A stretch of DNA of 63,897 nt, filler included, from Perkinsus chesapeaki ATCC PRA-425 (GCA_013115145.1; 7 parts of 7 records of this genome joined end to end with filler, not necessarily neighbours in it); one strand, 5' to 3'; counted from the first letter of the whole stretch, positions 50,103 to 61,344 are shown. Numbers and translations are program-made. Notes: generated by a model from the sequence alone, not told the origin.

Positions 50103-50560
50103 ATCTACGGCTCGGATAAGAAATGACCAACATGTTTCAGCATCCAGACGATAGATACGCACCACTTGTGAGAATGAACGTACCCATGCCGACACAGGTC
50201 TTGAATCATCTTCTCCAGCATATTGCACAGCATCAGGTATAGGCAACTGAGCAGTAGCGGTAATTCTCTTAGTATCAGCGCCATGACTATCAAGAGCAAC
50301 TGCACCACGTAGATAGTCAGAAATATATGAGCGACCTTCCGAGTGACCATCAGATATAGGTGCCGCTACTTGTTGTGGTATAGCCGCCGGTGGCGTAGAT
50401 GCCAAACGAATCTGGTCAACCAATTCTCGTCGAGTTAAGCGATCAGCCAAGCCTAATGACCTTTCAGCTTGTTCCAAGTCTTCAGTCCGAAGATATCGTA
50501 TACTGGCCTCTGGAACACCTAATAAAACTGATAGACGTTGTAGTGCACCTCGATCTCCAA

Positions 50561-50582
50561 CTTGTTGCCAACAAGTTGTTGG
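50561..50582. repeat. 7-8-7 scar, 8-mer CTTGTTGG
   Basis: cttgttg+ccaacaag+ttgttgg, perfect. Confidence 0.92.
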
Positions 50583-51558
50583 CCATCACTGCCAACATTA
50601 CCAAGATTTACCGAAGAAGGACTCGTAATACCATTGATTGGAGTCGTCGGAACCGGAGTATTCACTGCATCGGGTACCATTATAGTGAATTACGTTCATT
50701 ACGTATTACATTCCCATTACGTTCATAAAATTGCATTACAAGGCACTAGCGTCACGCTATGCACAACACAGAAAATGGGGCAATTATTGTGGGATGAGAT
50801 ATCATATCTGGGACAATCTCTACACTTTGTCTTCTATGTCAAGATGAAGAGGACTCTCCAGTTCATCGTGCTTTGAACTGCTCTAAGAAGAACTATCCGT
50901 CGTGGTTAGACAGGCTTGGGACACTTGGACAATTTAGTGTCAACAGCTATAAACTGCACTGCCTATACACTCTACTTAAATGAACCTTTATTACACGGTG
51001 GTTCCTTAATTAGCTAATGGCTCCCCTTATGTCTGACTAAACCCATAACTGGGTGTCGGACACTAAACTACACACACACCATCACTGTTATTGGATCACG
51101 CTGACGGCGTCCTGATCGAGAAGGACGGAGTGGTGCTCAAGGCGCCACCGATAGTTCGCCCAGAGGAGTCTATTATTTGTGAGTTCCAGCAAACTCTTTC
51201 TGTCCTTTCATTTGTACGAGGGTTTTCGTTGTGTCACCGCGCGATAGTGACCCTTTGGTTGTCACAGTGTATATGCGTGCGTAGGAATGGATTATCCATT
51301 ATATTACTAATTATGCATTCTCAAGTGGAGTCTTATTCGCACGGGAAAATGTTACCTTGAAGAAATGAGCCTGCTGTATTTTCCAGGAAAGTATAGACCA
51401 GTTCGTTGGGCCCTTTTCGCTGTAGTCGCTGCTATGATACCTTGTATTATTTCCTACTCGCTCAAAGGTTCGAAGCCCATCTTATTGGCATGCGCCTAAG
51501 TGGAGCAATAAGGTTTCATAGCCTTGGCAGTTGTTACCTCATTTGAAAGGGCTTCAAC

Positions 51559-52881
51559 ATGGATACTCCCTTCGCCGTCGCTCGATTCTTGAGAAGTCTA
51601 GCTGCTTTGCTTCGCGTTGTTCTATCAATCAGACCTTACTTATGGTATCTCATTCTCCAGCGTTGTCTACTCATCAATGTTGATAGGCTTAGAGTATACA
51701 TTAGAAGTATACTTCACTCCCCTCAGACAGACCACTTCGTAGCCGCCGCCTTGGAAGGTTGTGGCGTGACATATCTGGGCGATGAAGTTGTGACTGGGGG
51801 GTATGTGACATCAGTTAAGAGAGTATATGTTGATCAAAAGAAGAACGTTAAGCTGCCTGATAGTGTTATTATGAAGAGCCTATCGAGCAATTTCTATAGG
51901 CGTTTGGCAACTTGTGGAATCTACCAGCGCGAAGTACGATTTTACAACGAGGTGGCGCGCACTCTACCTATACCGATTCCCAGGGTTCACTCCTGCAAGT
52001 GGGATAATTGGCGATGCTCTGGACTTATTATTCTAGAGGACCTCAAGACTGGCGTGTTGATGAGTGATAAACTGTTAACACATGAAGACCCCAAGGGTTT
52101 AGTTTCGGAAGCAATGCGGGTTGCCGCCCGGATGCATGCGAAGTACTGGGGTGCAACCCCCTCCACTCTGGCAAAGTCTAGTTTGGGTAAATATCCCTGG
52201 CTCAAAGGTTATGACTACATACAAGGCAGAAATAAGGGAATGTACGCATCCGCTAAATGCCTCCTGTCGTTCCTATGGGATAAAGTGAAGAGAGCTATTT
52301 TGGAGGGAAGTGTGGGTGAGCGCGAATACGGAGTCAAATTGAGAGGAGAGCTTGTAGAGTTCGTTGACAAGGCAATTGAGGCTTCTACCTGGGATGCCTA
52401 TCAAAACTACTTGAAAACCTCCAAGCATCCTCTCACTTTTATCCATGGTGACTATTACACTAACAACCAATTATGGGATGAGGAGACGAAGAGGCTCTAC
52501 ACGGTCGATTGGTCAGAAGTATCGGTTGGTGAAGGCCCTGCAGATATAGCACTGTACTTTTTCGGATACCCTCAAGTAGCAAAATGTCGCAAATGGGAAG
52601 AAGAGCTAATCCGTATATATTGGAAGGAGCTCGGTGCACAAGGAGTCGATCTGTCTTCGTACCCTCTCTCTATGTGCCGTGAAGCGTATGTTCGGGGTGG
52701 CATTGATAAAGGGATTCAGCGACTGATTATGGCAGCGGTTCCCGCACTTTACTGTCCTGCGCTAATTCCTGTGCCATTAATCCAAGGTGTTGTAGATCAA
52801 GTGGATGCGTTTGTTACCGAACATAAGATGGAATACCGTAGCCCCTACCTACTAGCGACTGCTTACTTCGATACGTGGTAA
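51559..52881 (+). CDS. EcKL/APH-choline-kinase-like phosphotransferase, copy A (intronless)
   Basis: VIMK, YQREVRFY, IILEDL, IHGDYYTNN, VDWS..G.G.ADIA; hydrophobic N-terminus. Confidence 0.8.
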   Translation: MDTPFAVARFLRSLAALLRVVLSIRPYLWYLILQRCLLINVDRLRVYIRSILHSPQTDHFVAAALEGCGVTYLGDEVVTGGYVTSVKRVYVDQKKNVKLPDSVIMKSLSSNFYRRLATCGIYQREVRFYNEVARTLPIPIPRVHSCKWDNWRCSGLIILEDLKTGVLMSDKLLTHEDPKGLVSEAMRVAARMHAKYWGATPSTLAKSSLGKYPWLKGYDYIQGRNKGMYASAKCLLSFLWDKVKRAILEGSVGEREYGVKLRGELVEFVDKAIEASTWDAYQNYLKTSKHPLTFIHGDYYTNNQLWDEETKRLYTVDWSEVSVGEGPADIALYFFGYPQVAKCRKWEEELIRIYWKELGAQGVDLSSYPLSMCREAYVRGGIDKGIQRLIMAAVPALYCPALIPVPLIQGVVDQVDAFVTEHKMEYRSPYLLATAYFDTW

Positions 52882-54167
52882 GCTTAAGCCGGTCGGTTGT
52901 CAAGCTAGTAGTCAAGTTTCTTTTATAGAGCAAGTGTCTTAGCTCCAGCTTGATCATCAATCTTTCATTAGCTGTATCCAATGTATAATACTCTCCTACC
53001 AATAAACGAGCTGTTGAGCTAGCCGTAATACATCAATTCCGAAATAATGCCCGATTTCGTCTCGAAATTTTCGGGACGCGGAGGGAATATTGCGTATTAT
53101 CCAAACAACCCTCAGGAGACTGCAACGCGCTGACACATCCCAACTGGATGTATGTCACTCAGTTCGCCCCTATCAGCCGCAGTGAAAGTCAGAGGAGGCG
53201 CTATGATCATTCAGATTAATTGATGCTCAATTTGCTCAGCACATCCCTAAATCTATTAGCCTAACAACATATGTGCCGATATCGTCATATATCGAGGACT
53301 CAATAGAATGAGATCGGTAAGAACGTCACAGATGCCCCATACAAATCAGTTGCGCTGTCCACCAAGTCATCTACGCTGGTAAATTGTAGAATGCTTTGTT
53401 TGTTCGCAGTTAGTGGCGAGATGCCTCTTAGAGACTACCCTCTTTTTCAGGGCACTACTAACGTGTTACTACTCTCACTTAACGCTCTTGCGAAAGGTGA
53501 CGGGGACATGGGGCCGATGAAAGCTCAACTCTGTCACGCAGACAATAATGTGTCCGCGCGGAGGCACATGCAAGAACTGTTGCATTTCCTTGTCACAGCA
53601 AGGAAGGAGGAAAGTGAACAAGAGGTGTTCTTCGCAACAGCTCTCGCGAGGGTCTGAACTTAGAACACATATCACTCGCATTATATCTCTTCCAACTTGC
53701 AGTCAGACTAATCTAGTAATACTTCTCGAGGAGCACTATTATCAGCTTTTGCTACGTTCGTACATGACATACTGGCTACCTTACATGTTTTCTGTATAGT
53801 TAAACCTGCAAGGTTCGACGCGGGTAAATTCGTTCTTCGGGGGACGCTTCGCTCCGCCACGTTCTGAGATTTGACCATTGTGTAAGCTACGTAGCTTCTG
53901 TTTCATAATGATATAGTAGAGCAGAAAACTCATGTCGTTCGCCCTTGTGTGGAGTTTTCTCCTCCCTGTCCATTTCCCATTTTTTTCGTTTTTCTAGGGT
54001 ACGGGGAGTGCGCTCACCTTAGTCCTCTGCATTTGAGTTACTCATTTGCAGAGACCTAACGTGAGTGCTTCGATGGTTGGGCTAAGCTTTGCCTTGTAGG
54101 CAGCTTTGCCCTTACCATTTCTTCCCAGTCCCCCGTACCTACGAATTTATTGTCAAACAGACCTGCT

Positions 54168-54636
54168 ATGTTCCTTAACGATATACTCTTTCATCTATCT
54201 CAAATACTGGTTATTAGCCATTATTGATAAACTCAGAGTGTACCTTGAAAAGTTGTTCTTCAACCTGCAGCCCGACAGCCTCGCAGCTACTGCGCTGAAA
54301 GATTGTGGGATGAAGTCGTTACTGGCGGACTGGCATGCGCGGTTAGGTGGATACATCTGGAAAACAACTCCAGATAGTGTCATTATAAAGAGCGTCTCGA
54401 CCAGTTTGCATATGCGTTCACACTCGGGGTGCACTTCTACAATGAGATATCACACACCTTGCCTATACCGATTCCCCTCGTCTACTTCTCGGAATGGAAA
54501 GACTGGCGCTGTTACCAACTAATTGTAATGGGAGGTATCCGAATGGGTATTCCAGCTACATACAGACTGTTAACGCCGGACGGCTCCAAAACTGTTGTTC
54601 AAGAACCGATGCTAGTTGCTGCCAGGATCACGCACA
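54168..54636 (+). pseudogene. Truncated, frameshifted EcKL copy B
   Basis: Near-identical to the 5' part of 58219-59478 but with deletions. Similarity ends at ..VAARI and unrelated sequence follows. Confidence 0.8.
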
Positions 54637-56186
54637 AGGACTCGGTTGTGGACGTCACCTTCTTCGAAGGTCCTTACTCTGTGGAGGGCTGGTTCGTTTT
54701 CGATGACTTGGGGTTGAGGTACGGCCATCAACGCCATCAAAGGTATGGCGCCACCTACAGTCCGGACTCCGGAATCCTACCGAAGGATGCAGCTCTAGGA
54801 AGCCCGGATTCCGAAGCCGTGTCGTACAACTTCTCTCGTAGCAGCAGCTCTACCCAATCTAATTAGCGTGTGTGTAAGTCTTTAGTCCAGCGGCAGAAAT
54901 TACCTAGTTGAACTATCCTAGTTGACTACGTGCAACTGCCGAGAGAGTTCAATGCCGATACTGTTAGTGTCACTGTATGGTTCAACCAGAAGAATGCAAC
55001 TAGTGATCAGATATCCTGCTCCTCCCAGCAGGGTTTCCTTACGCAACCGAGGGCCTGTGTACAACTAGCAAAACACGACGGCTCGCGAAGTGTGACGCCA
55101 CAAGCTTCATCTCTCAGTCTCCCAGACTGGCGTACACTTACTGGCTAAATATCTCATCAAATCTCACGAGATGAAAATCTACAGATGATTTTAATTTTGC
55201 CGATATGTAGTTCGACATGCTAATTTTCGCATACTCTAGGACAACAGGCTAGCATATTGTTGGCAGCCATTAGGTGCCACAGGGCCTTAAGGAACGTTGT
55301 GCAGCATTCTTGAACAATGCCGCGAGAAACGGCCTTGGGAATGCTTCTCCGAAGAGTGTATACCATGCGCATGGCGCAGTCTTGATGGTGCAACACAGAC
55401 TGCGCCCAGCGCGAGGTCTCCGGAGAGCCTGGGGCAGCTGGACCACACTTACGCTGCTGTAGATTCAGAGTGATTCCGCGAGTGGAATCGTATTCGCACG
55501 GTATAATGTTGCTTTGGAGAGATGGACCTGCTCTATTTTCCAAGAGAGTATGACCGTTCTGCAGCGAGCCAGATCTTCGGCTGGCACGGTGCGAGTCGAA
55601 GTCCGCACTCCAAACTGAGCTGAAGAAGCAGGCTTGCTCTGCATTTCAATCCTGAACGCGTCCTTGTGACGCGGAAGTTCTGCTTTTTTGCCGATAGCTA
55701 TACTTCTATGGACTGGTATTTCGGTGCTTTCCTTTTCGCCGATCGGCGCTGAGAAGCGACTACCCACCACGTCGGCCCTCCAGAAACACACGGATCAAGG
55801 AACTCGCATGAAATGATTTTCCGCTGGAGTAGTAGTACTATTTTTCGAGGCTTTTCAAGAATTCAGCCGAGTGGGTGTGATTGTCTCGTGCCCGATATTA
55901 TACCCCTTTATAGTAGTAAGCTGACATTTTCCGATAATTATTTCTTCGTCTAAAGACGTTAACTGTGAAGTTCGCACCAGGAAACGGGTGGCTTGATCCA
56001 GCCTTGCCTGCAGCAGCTCCAGTACGGCTCTGTTAGGTCTTTTGTGCTGTACTTGGGGTTACAATACCAAGTTATGTTTTCTACTCGGTTCAAGGCGCAT
56101 GGCGTAATCCCAGGGATGCTTCGGAAGTGGAGCAGTAAGGTTTCAGAGCCTTTGCAGTTGTTACCTCATTTAAGAGAGGCTTTAAC

Positions 56187-57509
56187 ATGGACATTTCCTT
56201 CGCCGTCCCTCGATTCTTGGGAAGTCTAGCTGCTTTGCTTCGCGTTGTTCTATCAATCAGACCATACTTATGGTATCTCATTCTCCAACGTTGTCTACTC
56301 ATCAATGTTGACAGACTTAGAGTATACATTAGAAGTATACTTCACTCCCCTCAGACAGACCACTTCGTAGCCGCCGCCTTGGAAGGTTGTGGCGTGACAT
56401 ATCTGGGCGATGAAGTTGTGACTGGGGGGTATGCGACATCAGTTAAGAGAGTATATGTTGATCAAAAAAAGAACGTTAAGCTGCCTGATAGTGTTATTAT
56501 GAAGAGCCTATTGCTCAATTTCTATAGGCGTTTGGCAACTTGTGGAGCCTACCAGCGCGAAGTACGATTTTACAACGAGGTGGCGCGCACTCTACCTATA
56601 CCGATTCCCAGGGTCTACTTCTGCAAGTGGGATAATTGGCGATGCTCTGGACTTATTATTCTAGAGGACCTCAAGACTGGCGTGCTGGTGAGTGATAAGC
56701 TGATAACACATGAAGACCCCAAGGGTTTAGTTTCGGAAGCAATGCGGGTTGCCGCCCGGATGCATGCAAAGTACTGGGGTGCAACCCCCTCCACTCTGGC
56801 AAAGTCTAGTTTGGGTAAATATCCCTGGCTTAAAGGTTATGACTACATACAAGGCAGAAATAAGGGAATGTATGCATCCGCTAAATCCCTCATGTCTTTC
56901 CTATGGGATAAAGTAAAGATGGCTTTTTCGGAGGGAAGTGTGAGTGAGCGCGAATACGGAGTCAAATTGAGAGGAGAGCTTGTAGAGTTCGTTGACAAGG
57001 CAATTGAGGCTTCTACCTGGGATGCTTATCAAAACTACCTGAAAACCTCCAAGCATCCTCTCACTTTGATCCATGGTGACTATTACACTAACAACCAATT
57101 ATGGGATGAGGAGACGAAGAGGCTCTACACGGTTGATTGGTCTCAGGTATCGGTTGGTGAAGGCCCTGCAGATATAGCAGAGTACTTTTTCGGATACCCT
57201 CAAGTAGCAAAATGTCGCAAATGGGAAGAAGAGTTAATACGTATCTATTGGAAGGAGCTCGGTGCACAAGGAGTCGATCTGTCTTCGTACCCTCTCTCTA
57301 TGTGCCGTGAAGCGTATGTTCGGGGTGGCATTGATAAAGGGATTCAGCGACTGATTATAGCAGCGGTTGCCGCACTTCACTCTCCTGCGCTAATCCCCGT
57401 GCCATTAATCCAAGGTGTTGTAGATCAAGTGGATGCGTTTGTTACCGAACATAAGATGGAATACTGTAGCCCCTACTTACTAACAACTGCTTACTTCGAT
57501 ACGTGGTAA
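56187..57509 (+). CDS. EcKL-like phosphotransferase, copy A'
   Basis: Same length as copy A (440 aa); I count 27 amino-acid differences. Confidence 0.82.
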   Translation: MDISFAVPRFLGSLAALLRVVLSIRPYLWYLILQRCLLINVDRLRVYIRSILHSPQTDHFVAAALEGCGVTYLGDEVVTGGYATSVKRVYVDQKKNVKLPDSVIMKSLLLNFYRRLATCGAYQREVRFYNEVARTLPIPIPRVYFCKWDNWRCSGLIILEDLKTGVLVSDKLITHEDPKGLVSEAMRVAARMHAKYWGATPSTLAKSSLGKYPWLKGYDYIQGRNKGMYASAKSLMSFLWDKVKMAFSEGSVSEREYGVKLRGELVEFVDKAIEASTWDAYQNYLKTSKHPLTLIHGDYYTNNQLWDEETKRLYTVDWSQVSVGEGPADIAEYFFGYPQVAKCRKWEEELIRIYWKELGAQGVDLSSYPLSMCREAYVRGGIDKGIQRLIIAAVAALHSPALIPVPLIQGVVDQVDAFVTEHKMEYCSPYLLTTAYFDTW

Positions 57510-57582
57510 GCTTAAGCCGATCGGTTCTCAAGCTAGTAGTCAAGTTTCATTTATAGAGCAAGTGTCTTCAAACTGCTGCCCT

Positions 57583-57702
57583 CCTACCAACTTACCTTAC
57601 TACTAACTCTCTCCTACCAACTCAACCCATCCTAGACTATCGCCTACCAACTCAACCCATCCTAGACTATCGCCTACCAACTCAACCCATCCTAGACTAT
57701 CG
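57583..57702. repeat. 30-bp minisatellite (3 copies plus 1 degenerate)
   Basis: cctaccaactcaacccatcctagactatcg, inside an insertion absent from the paralogous flank after 52881. Confidence 0.9.
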
Positions 57703-58218
57703 ATTTGGCATCTACCTATATGATGTATTTAGTTATGTCAATGATAGTGCTGATTTCACACTCTCACTAAATCCGCAAAAGATATAGCTCCAGCTTGATA
57801 AACCTGTCAATCTGAGCGTTGATCAATCTTTTATTAGCTGTATCCAATGTATAATACTCTCATACCCCATGTTACTTATGTTACTACTCTCATTTAACGC
57901 TCTTGCGGATGGTGACGCGGCCATGGAGCCGATGAGAGCTCAATTCTGTCACGCAGACAATAATGTGTCCCTGTGGAGGCACATGCAAGAACTGTTGCAT
58001 TCCCTTGTCACAGCAAGGAAGGAGGAAAGTGAACAAGAGGTGTTCTTCGCAACAGCTCTCGCGAGGGTCTGAACTTAGAACACATGTTAACTCGCATTAG
58101 ATCTTTTCCAGCTTGCAGTCAGACTAATGCTTCTCGAGGAGCACTTTTATCAGCTTTTGCTACGTTCGTACATGACATACTGGCTACCTTCTGCGTTGTC
58201 TCCTCAAACAGACCTGCT

Positions 58219-59478
58219 ATGTTCCTTAACATATATTCTTTCATCTATCTCAAGTACTGGTTATTAGCCATTATTGATAAACTCAGAGTGTACCTTGGAA
58301 AGTTGTTCTTCAACCTGCAGTCCGACAGCCTCGCAGCTACTGTGCTGAAAGATTGTGGGATGACGTTTATGAGCGACGAAGTTGTTACTGGCGGGTTCGC
58401 AGGCTCGGTGAGGAGGATATATCTGAGAAACAGGGAGGATGAAGACTCTCCTGGTAGTATCATCATAAAGAGCGTTTCGACCACCTTGCATATGCGTTCA
58501 CACTCGGCCATGTGTGGAGTCTGTCAACGCGAAGTGCGTTTCTACAATGAGATATCACGCACCTTGCCTATACCGGTTCCCGAGGTCTACTTTTCGGAAT
58601 GGAAAGACTGGCGTTGTTACCAATTAATTGTGATGGAAGATATCCGAATGGGTATTCCAGCTCTAGATAGATTGTTAACGCCGGCTGGAGCCAAGACTAT
58701 AGTTCAAGAAGTAATGTTAGTTGCTGCCAGGATCCATGCAAAGTACTGGGGTGCAACTCCCTCTACTTTGGCAAAGTCTAGTTTGGGTAAGTATTCCTGG
58801 CTAAAAGGATATGACTACATTCAAGGCAGAAGTAGAGGAATGTACGAATACTGTAAAAATAACATTTCAGCTTGTTGGGATGAAGTAAAGGCTGCTATTT
58901 CGGAGGGAAGGCTCGGAGACCGCCAATACGAAATCAAATGGAGTCCAGAGCTGGTGAAGTTTATTGATAAGGCAATTGAAGATTCTACTTGGGATGCTTA
59001 TCAGAAATATCTGAAAACTCATAAACATCCTTTGACTTTGGTTCATGGCGATTATCATGCTGGTAATCAGTTGTGGGTCGAGAAGACGAAGAAACTTTAC
59101 ACGGTCGACTGGTCAGCAGTATCAGTAGGTGAAGGTCCTGCCGATCTCGCGGGATACTTCTTTTTCCCACATACCGCTAGGTATCGCCAATGGGAAAGCG
59201 AACTCATCAGCATCTATTGGAATGAGCTTCGAAGACAAGGAGTAAATCACTCTTCGTATCCTCTCTCCATGTGTCGGGAAGCTTATGTTCGAGGTGGCAT
59301 TGACCGAGGCATTCAAGTACTCATTTTGTTAGCTGCTTCTGCAATTCATTGTCCTGGGCTTTTCCCTGTATCATTTATTCAAGGTTTTGTTGACCAAGTA
59401 GATTCCTTCGTTGCTGAGCACAAGGAAGAGTACAGCAACCCCTACTTATTTACCAGGGCCTATATTAACCCGTGGTGA
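58219..59478 (+). CDS. EcKL-like phosphotransferase, copy B'
   Basis: CQREVRFY, IVMEDI, VHGDYHAGN, VDWS..ADLA. ATG at 58219 inferred from alignment with copy B. Confidence 0.82.
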   Translation: MFLNIYSFIYLKYWLLAIIDKLRVYLGKLFFNLQSDSLAATVLKDCGMTFMSDEVVTGGFAGSVRRIYLRNREDEDSPGSIIIKSVSTTLHMRSHSAMCGVCQREVRFYNEISRTLPIPVPEVYFSEWKDWRCYQLIVMEDIRMGIPALDRLLTPAGAKTIVQEVMLVAARIHAKYWGATPSTLAKSSLGKYSWLKGYDYIQGRSRGMYEYCKNNISACWDEVKAAISEGRLGDRQYEIKWSPELVKFIDKAIEDSTWDAYQKYLKTHKHPLTLVHGDYHAGNQLWVEKTKKLYTVDWSAVSVGEGPADLAGYFFFPHTARYRQWESELISIYWNELRRQGVNHSSYPLSMCREAYVRGGIDRGIQVLILLAASAIHCPGLFPVSFIQGFVDQVDSFVAEHKEEYSNPYLFTRAYINPW

Positions 59479-59955
59479 CTTGGGCATCGATGAACGCTTC
59501 TGAGGCTACTACTCGTGAAACGATTTTGCAAAGGTCTAGTTTCCCGAAGTCCTGCTAACCTGCTACCCCGCGTTGTGTCGAGGGTGATACTAAATATATA
59601 AATTCTTATATATAGCGATGATACTAAATGTCGGTGAAATGATACACACCATTGTCTCATGCTTATCTCTCTGCTGTCACTCCGTTCCATTCTTAGAATG
59701 TCATTCTAGACTATTGTTGACTCGGAATCCACTTCGTTGATGTGTTACGTTTTATGAATGGTACCCGTGATGTAACACTCAAGTCTCCTTTGGAACCATT
59801 TACATCAGCCTTTCAAAAACCCGACGTGTAACAGAATTTGAAAACTGGTGTCGGGCTTCTTCGTTGCAGCAACGTTCATATGACATATATGGCTTATACG
59901 GAGACTATGGCGAGAATGCTATGAGCTGTGTTAATTCTGTCTATCGTTAAATACT

Positions 59956-59977
59956 ACTCCACGGTGGAGTCTCCACC
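59956..59977. repeat. 7-8-7 scar, 8-mer ACTCCACC
   Basis: actccac+ggtggagt+ctccacc, perfect. Confidence 0.9.
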
Positions 59978-60008
59978 CTATATTAGTCTGTATCTGTGCC
60001 CATAGTTG

Positions 60009-60108
60009 NNNNNNNNNNNNNNNNNNNNNNNNNNNNNNNNNNNNNNNNNNNNTTAATTAATTAANNNNNNNNNNNNNNNNNNNNNNNNNNNNNNNNNNNN
60101 NNNNNNNN
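60009..60108. other. Artificial contig spacer
   Basis: 44 N + TTAATTAATTAA + 44 N. Confidence 0.97.
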
Positions 60109-60523
60109 TTGGTCTCTTCATCATACCAAGTACTTCTATCGGATCTGCCCCTCTCCCTAGTCCCTCTATCCTCTCCAGTTCTATCATCAACCCTGACTTC
60201 ATCCCCTCCGCACTCCCCTTACTCCCCTCGTCCTCCAACAGTACCTCCATTCTCCTTCTCTTGACAGCACCTTCATTGCCCTCCCCTTCGGAGCCTCTCT
60301 TTCCCCGTGGAGACACTAGCCTTCTCCTCCTCACCACAGGCGATCGCACCAGCCCATCAACTCTCTTCCTCTTCACCCCAACAACCATAGTCGGTTCCAA
60401 TCTCCTGGCCATCTTGGGAGACCTTTCTCGAGCCTCCCCTCCAGAGCTTCGTCGTCTCTTCAATCCAACTCGGGGGTCTCTACCAGTGTAAGACACCCTA
60501 GCAATCCCCTCTGGTGGTGACAT
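60109..60523 (-). CDS. N-terminus of a basic, charged ORF, possibly retroelement ORF1/gag; cut by the contig edge
   Basis: Open from the ATG at 60523 to the spacer, K/R/E-rich, no diagnostic motif. Confidence 0.3.
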
Positions 60524-60992
60524 GGGAACGATAGAGCAGCTGCCACAAGCTGATCCATCCTACTACCTTCCACACGTTTAATTGACCACTTTAACAACTA
60601 CCCAAGGCCAGTAGGAAACAATCACCGCCGACGCCGCCGCTGCCATAAGCTGACATAAGGACAAAACTAAACTATGAAATGTATGCCCCGAAGCCATGCG
60701 CAAGGCGGCAGTCGAGGAGACAGATATCGTATACACTGTAGTTGACCGAGTCCAATGATCGTTAGGGGGAGGAGGAGGAGGAGGAGCCTGCAGCTGCTGC
60801 TGGTAATGGATAGGGACATCAGAGGCCTGTGTCCCATTTGTCTTCAGATACCACCACTGCAACCTAATAAAACCACCAACTTCTAAGTATACATTGACCA
60901 GCACCCGCCAGAGAATCGTAGAGTCGAAATATAGGTGTAGGGGATGACAAGGACGCCTATTACCGAGGATGCACTGAGGGTATGTAACATCG

Positions 60993-61014
60993 ATAGCAAT
61001 TTGCTATTAGCAAA
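60993..61014. repeat. 7-8-7 scar, 8-mer ATAGCAAA
   Basis: atagcaa+tttgctat+tagcaaa, perfect. Confidence 0.9.
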
Positions 61015-61271
61015 CCCTCGACAGGGGTACACAAAAGTAGAAATTGCGGAGCGAGCGGAGCTTATATTGCAGTGCGCGGTCGTTCGTGTGCGTGCGTCCG
61101 TCCGTGAGCAGAAATTCCGGCTCAACCAGAGCATCTTCCCTGACGAACGATATATCATTTTTCTTCGCATGTATTGGCGATCTCACTAAAAATATAGCGG
61201 ACTTGAAATTCCAAGCCCGAACCCCTTAACTATCGAAAACATTTTCAAGCCGTTTTCTGCGCATGAAACGG

Positions 61272-61344
61272 TTTTCATTAGCTTAGTACGTTAAAAACCT
61301 GGGCTTCCACTCGAGTGACCAAGGTTCGCATCCCACATGAAACA
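61272..61344 (+). pseudogene. tRNA-like sequence (Gly-TCC loop), probably a pseudogene or SINE head
   Basis: TAGCTTAGT A-box-like, CTTCCAC loop, GGTTCGCATCC B-box, tttcat/atgaaa acceptor pairing, TTTTT after the 3' end. D and T stems pair poorly. Confidence 0.35.

Larger units (their letters stand above)
49197..50680 (-). pseudogene. Ty3/gypsy-type gag-protease, interrupted by three 14-bp scars; cut by the contig edge
   Basis: CYFCHKFGHIKRDC and VLIDSGA. Removing the scars at 50561, 50081 and 49658 yields one ORF from the ATG at 50680. Confidence 0.88.

Noticed and set aside
53054-53075. atttcgt+ctcgaaat+tttcggg as a further scar
   Set aside because: Two mismatches. It is probably an older scar but was not counted.
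53391-53657. Short ORF repeated at 57869-58072
   Set aside because: Conserved only because it lies in the duplicated EcKL unit. No motif, and indels differ between copies.
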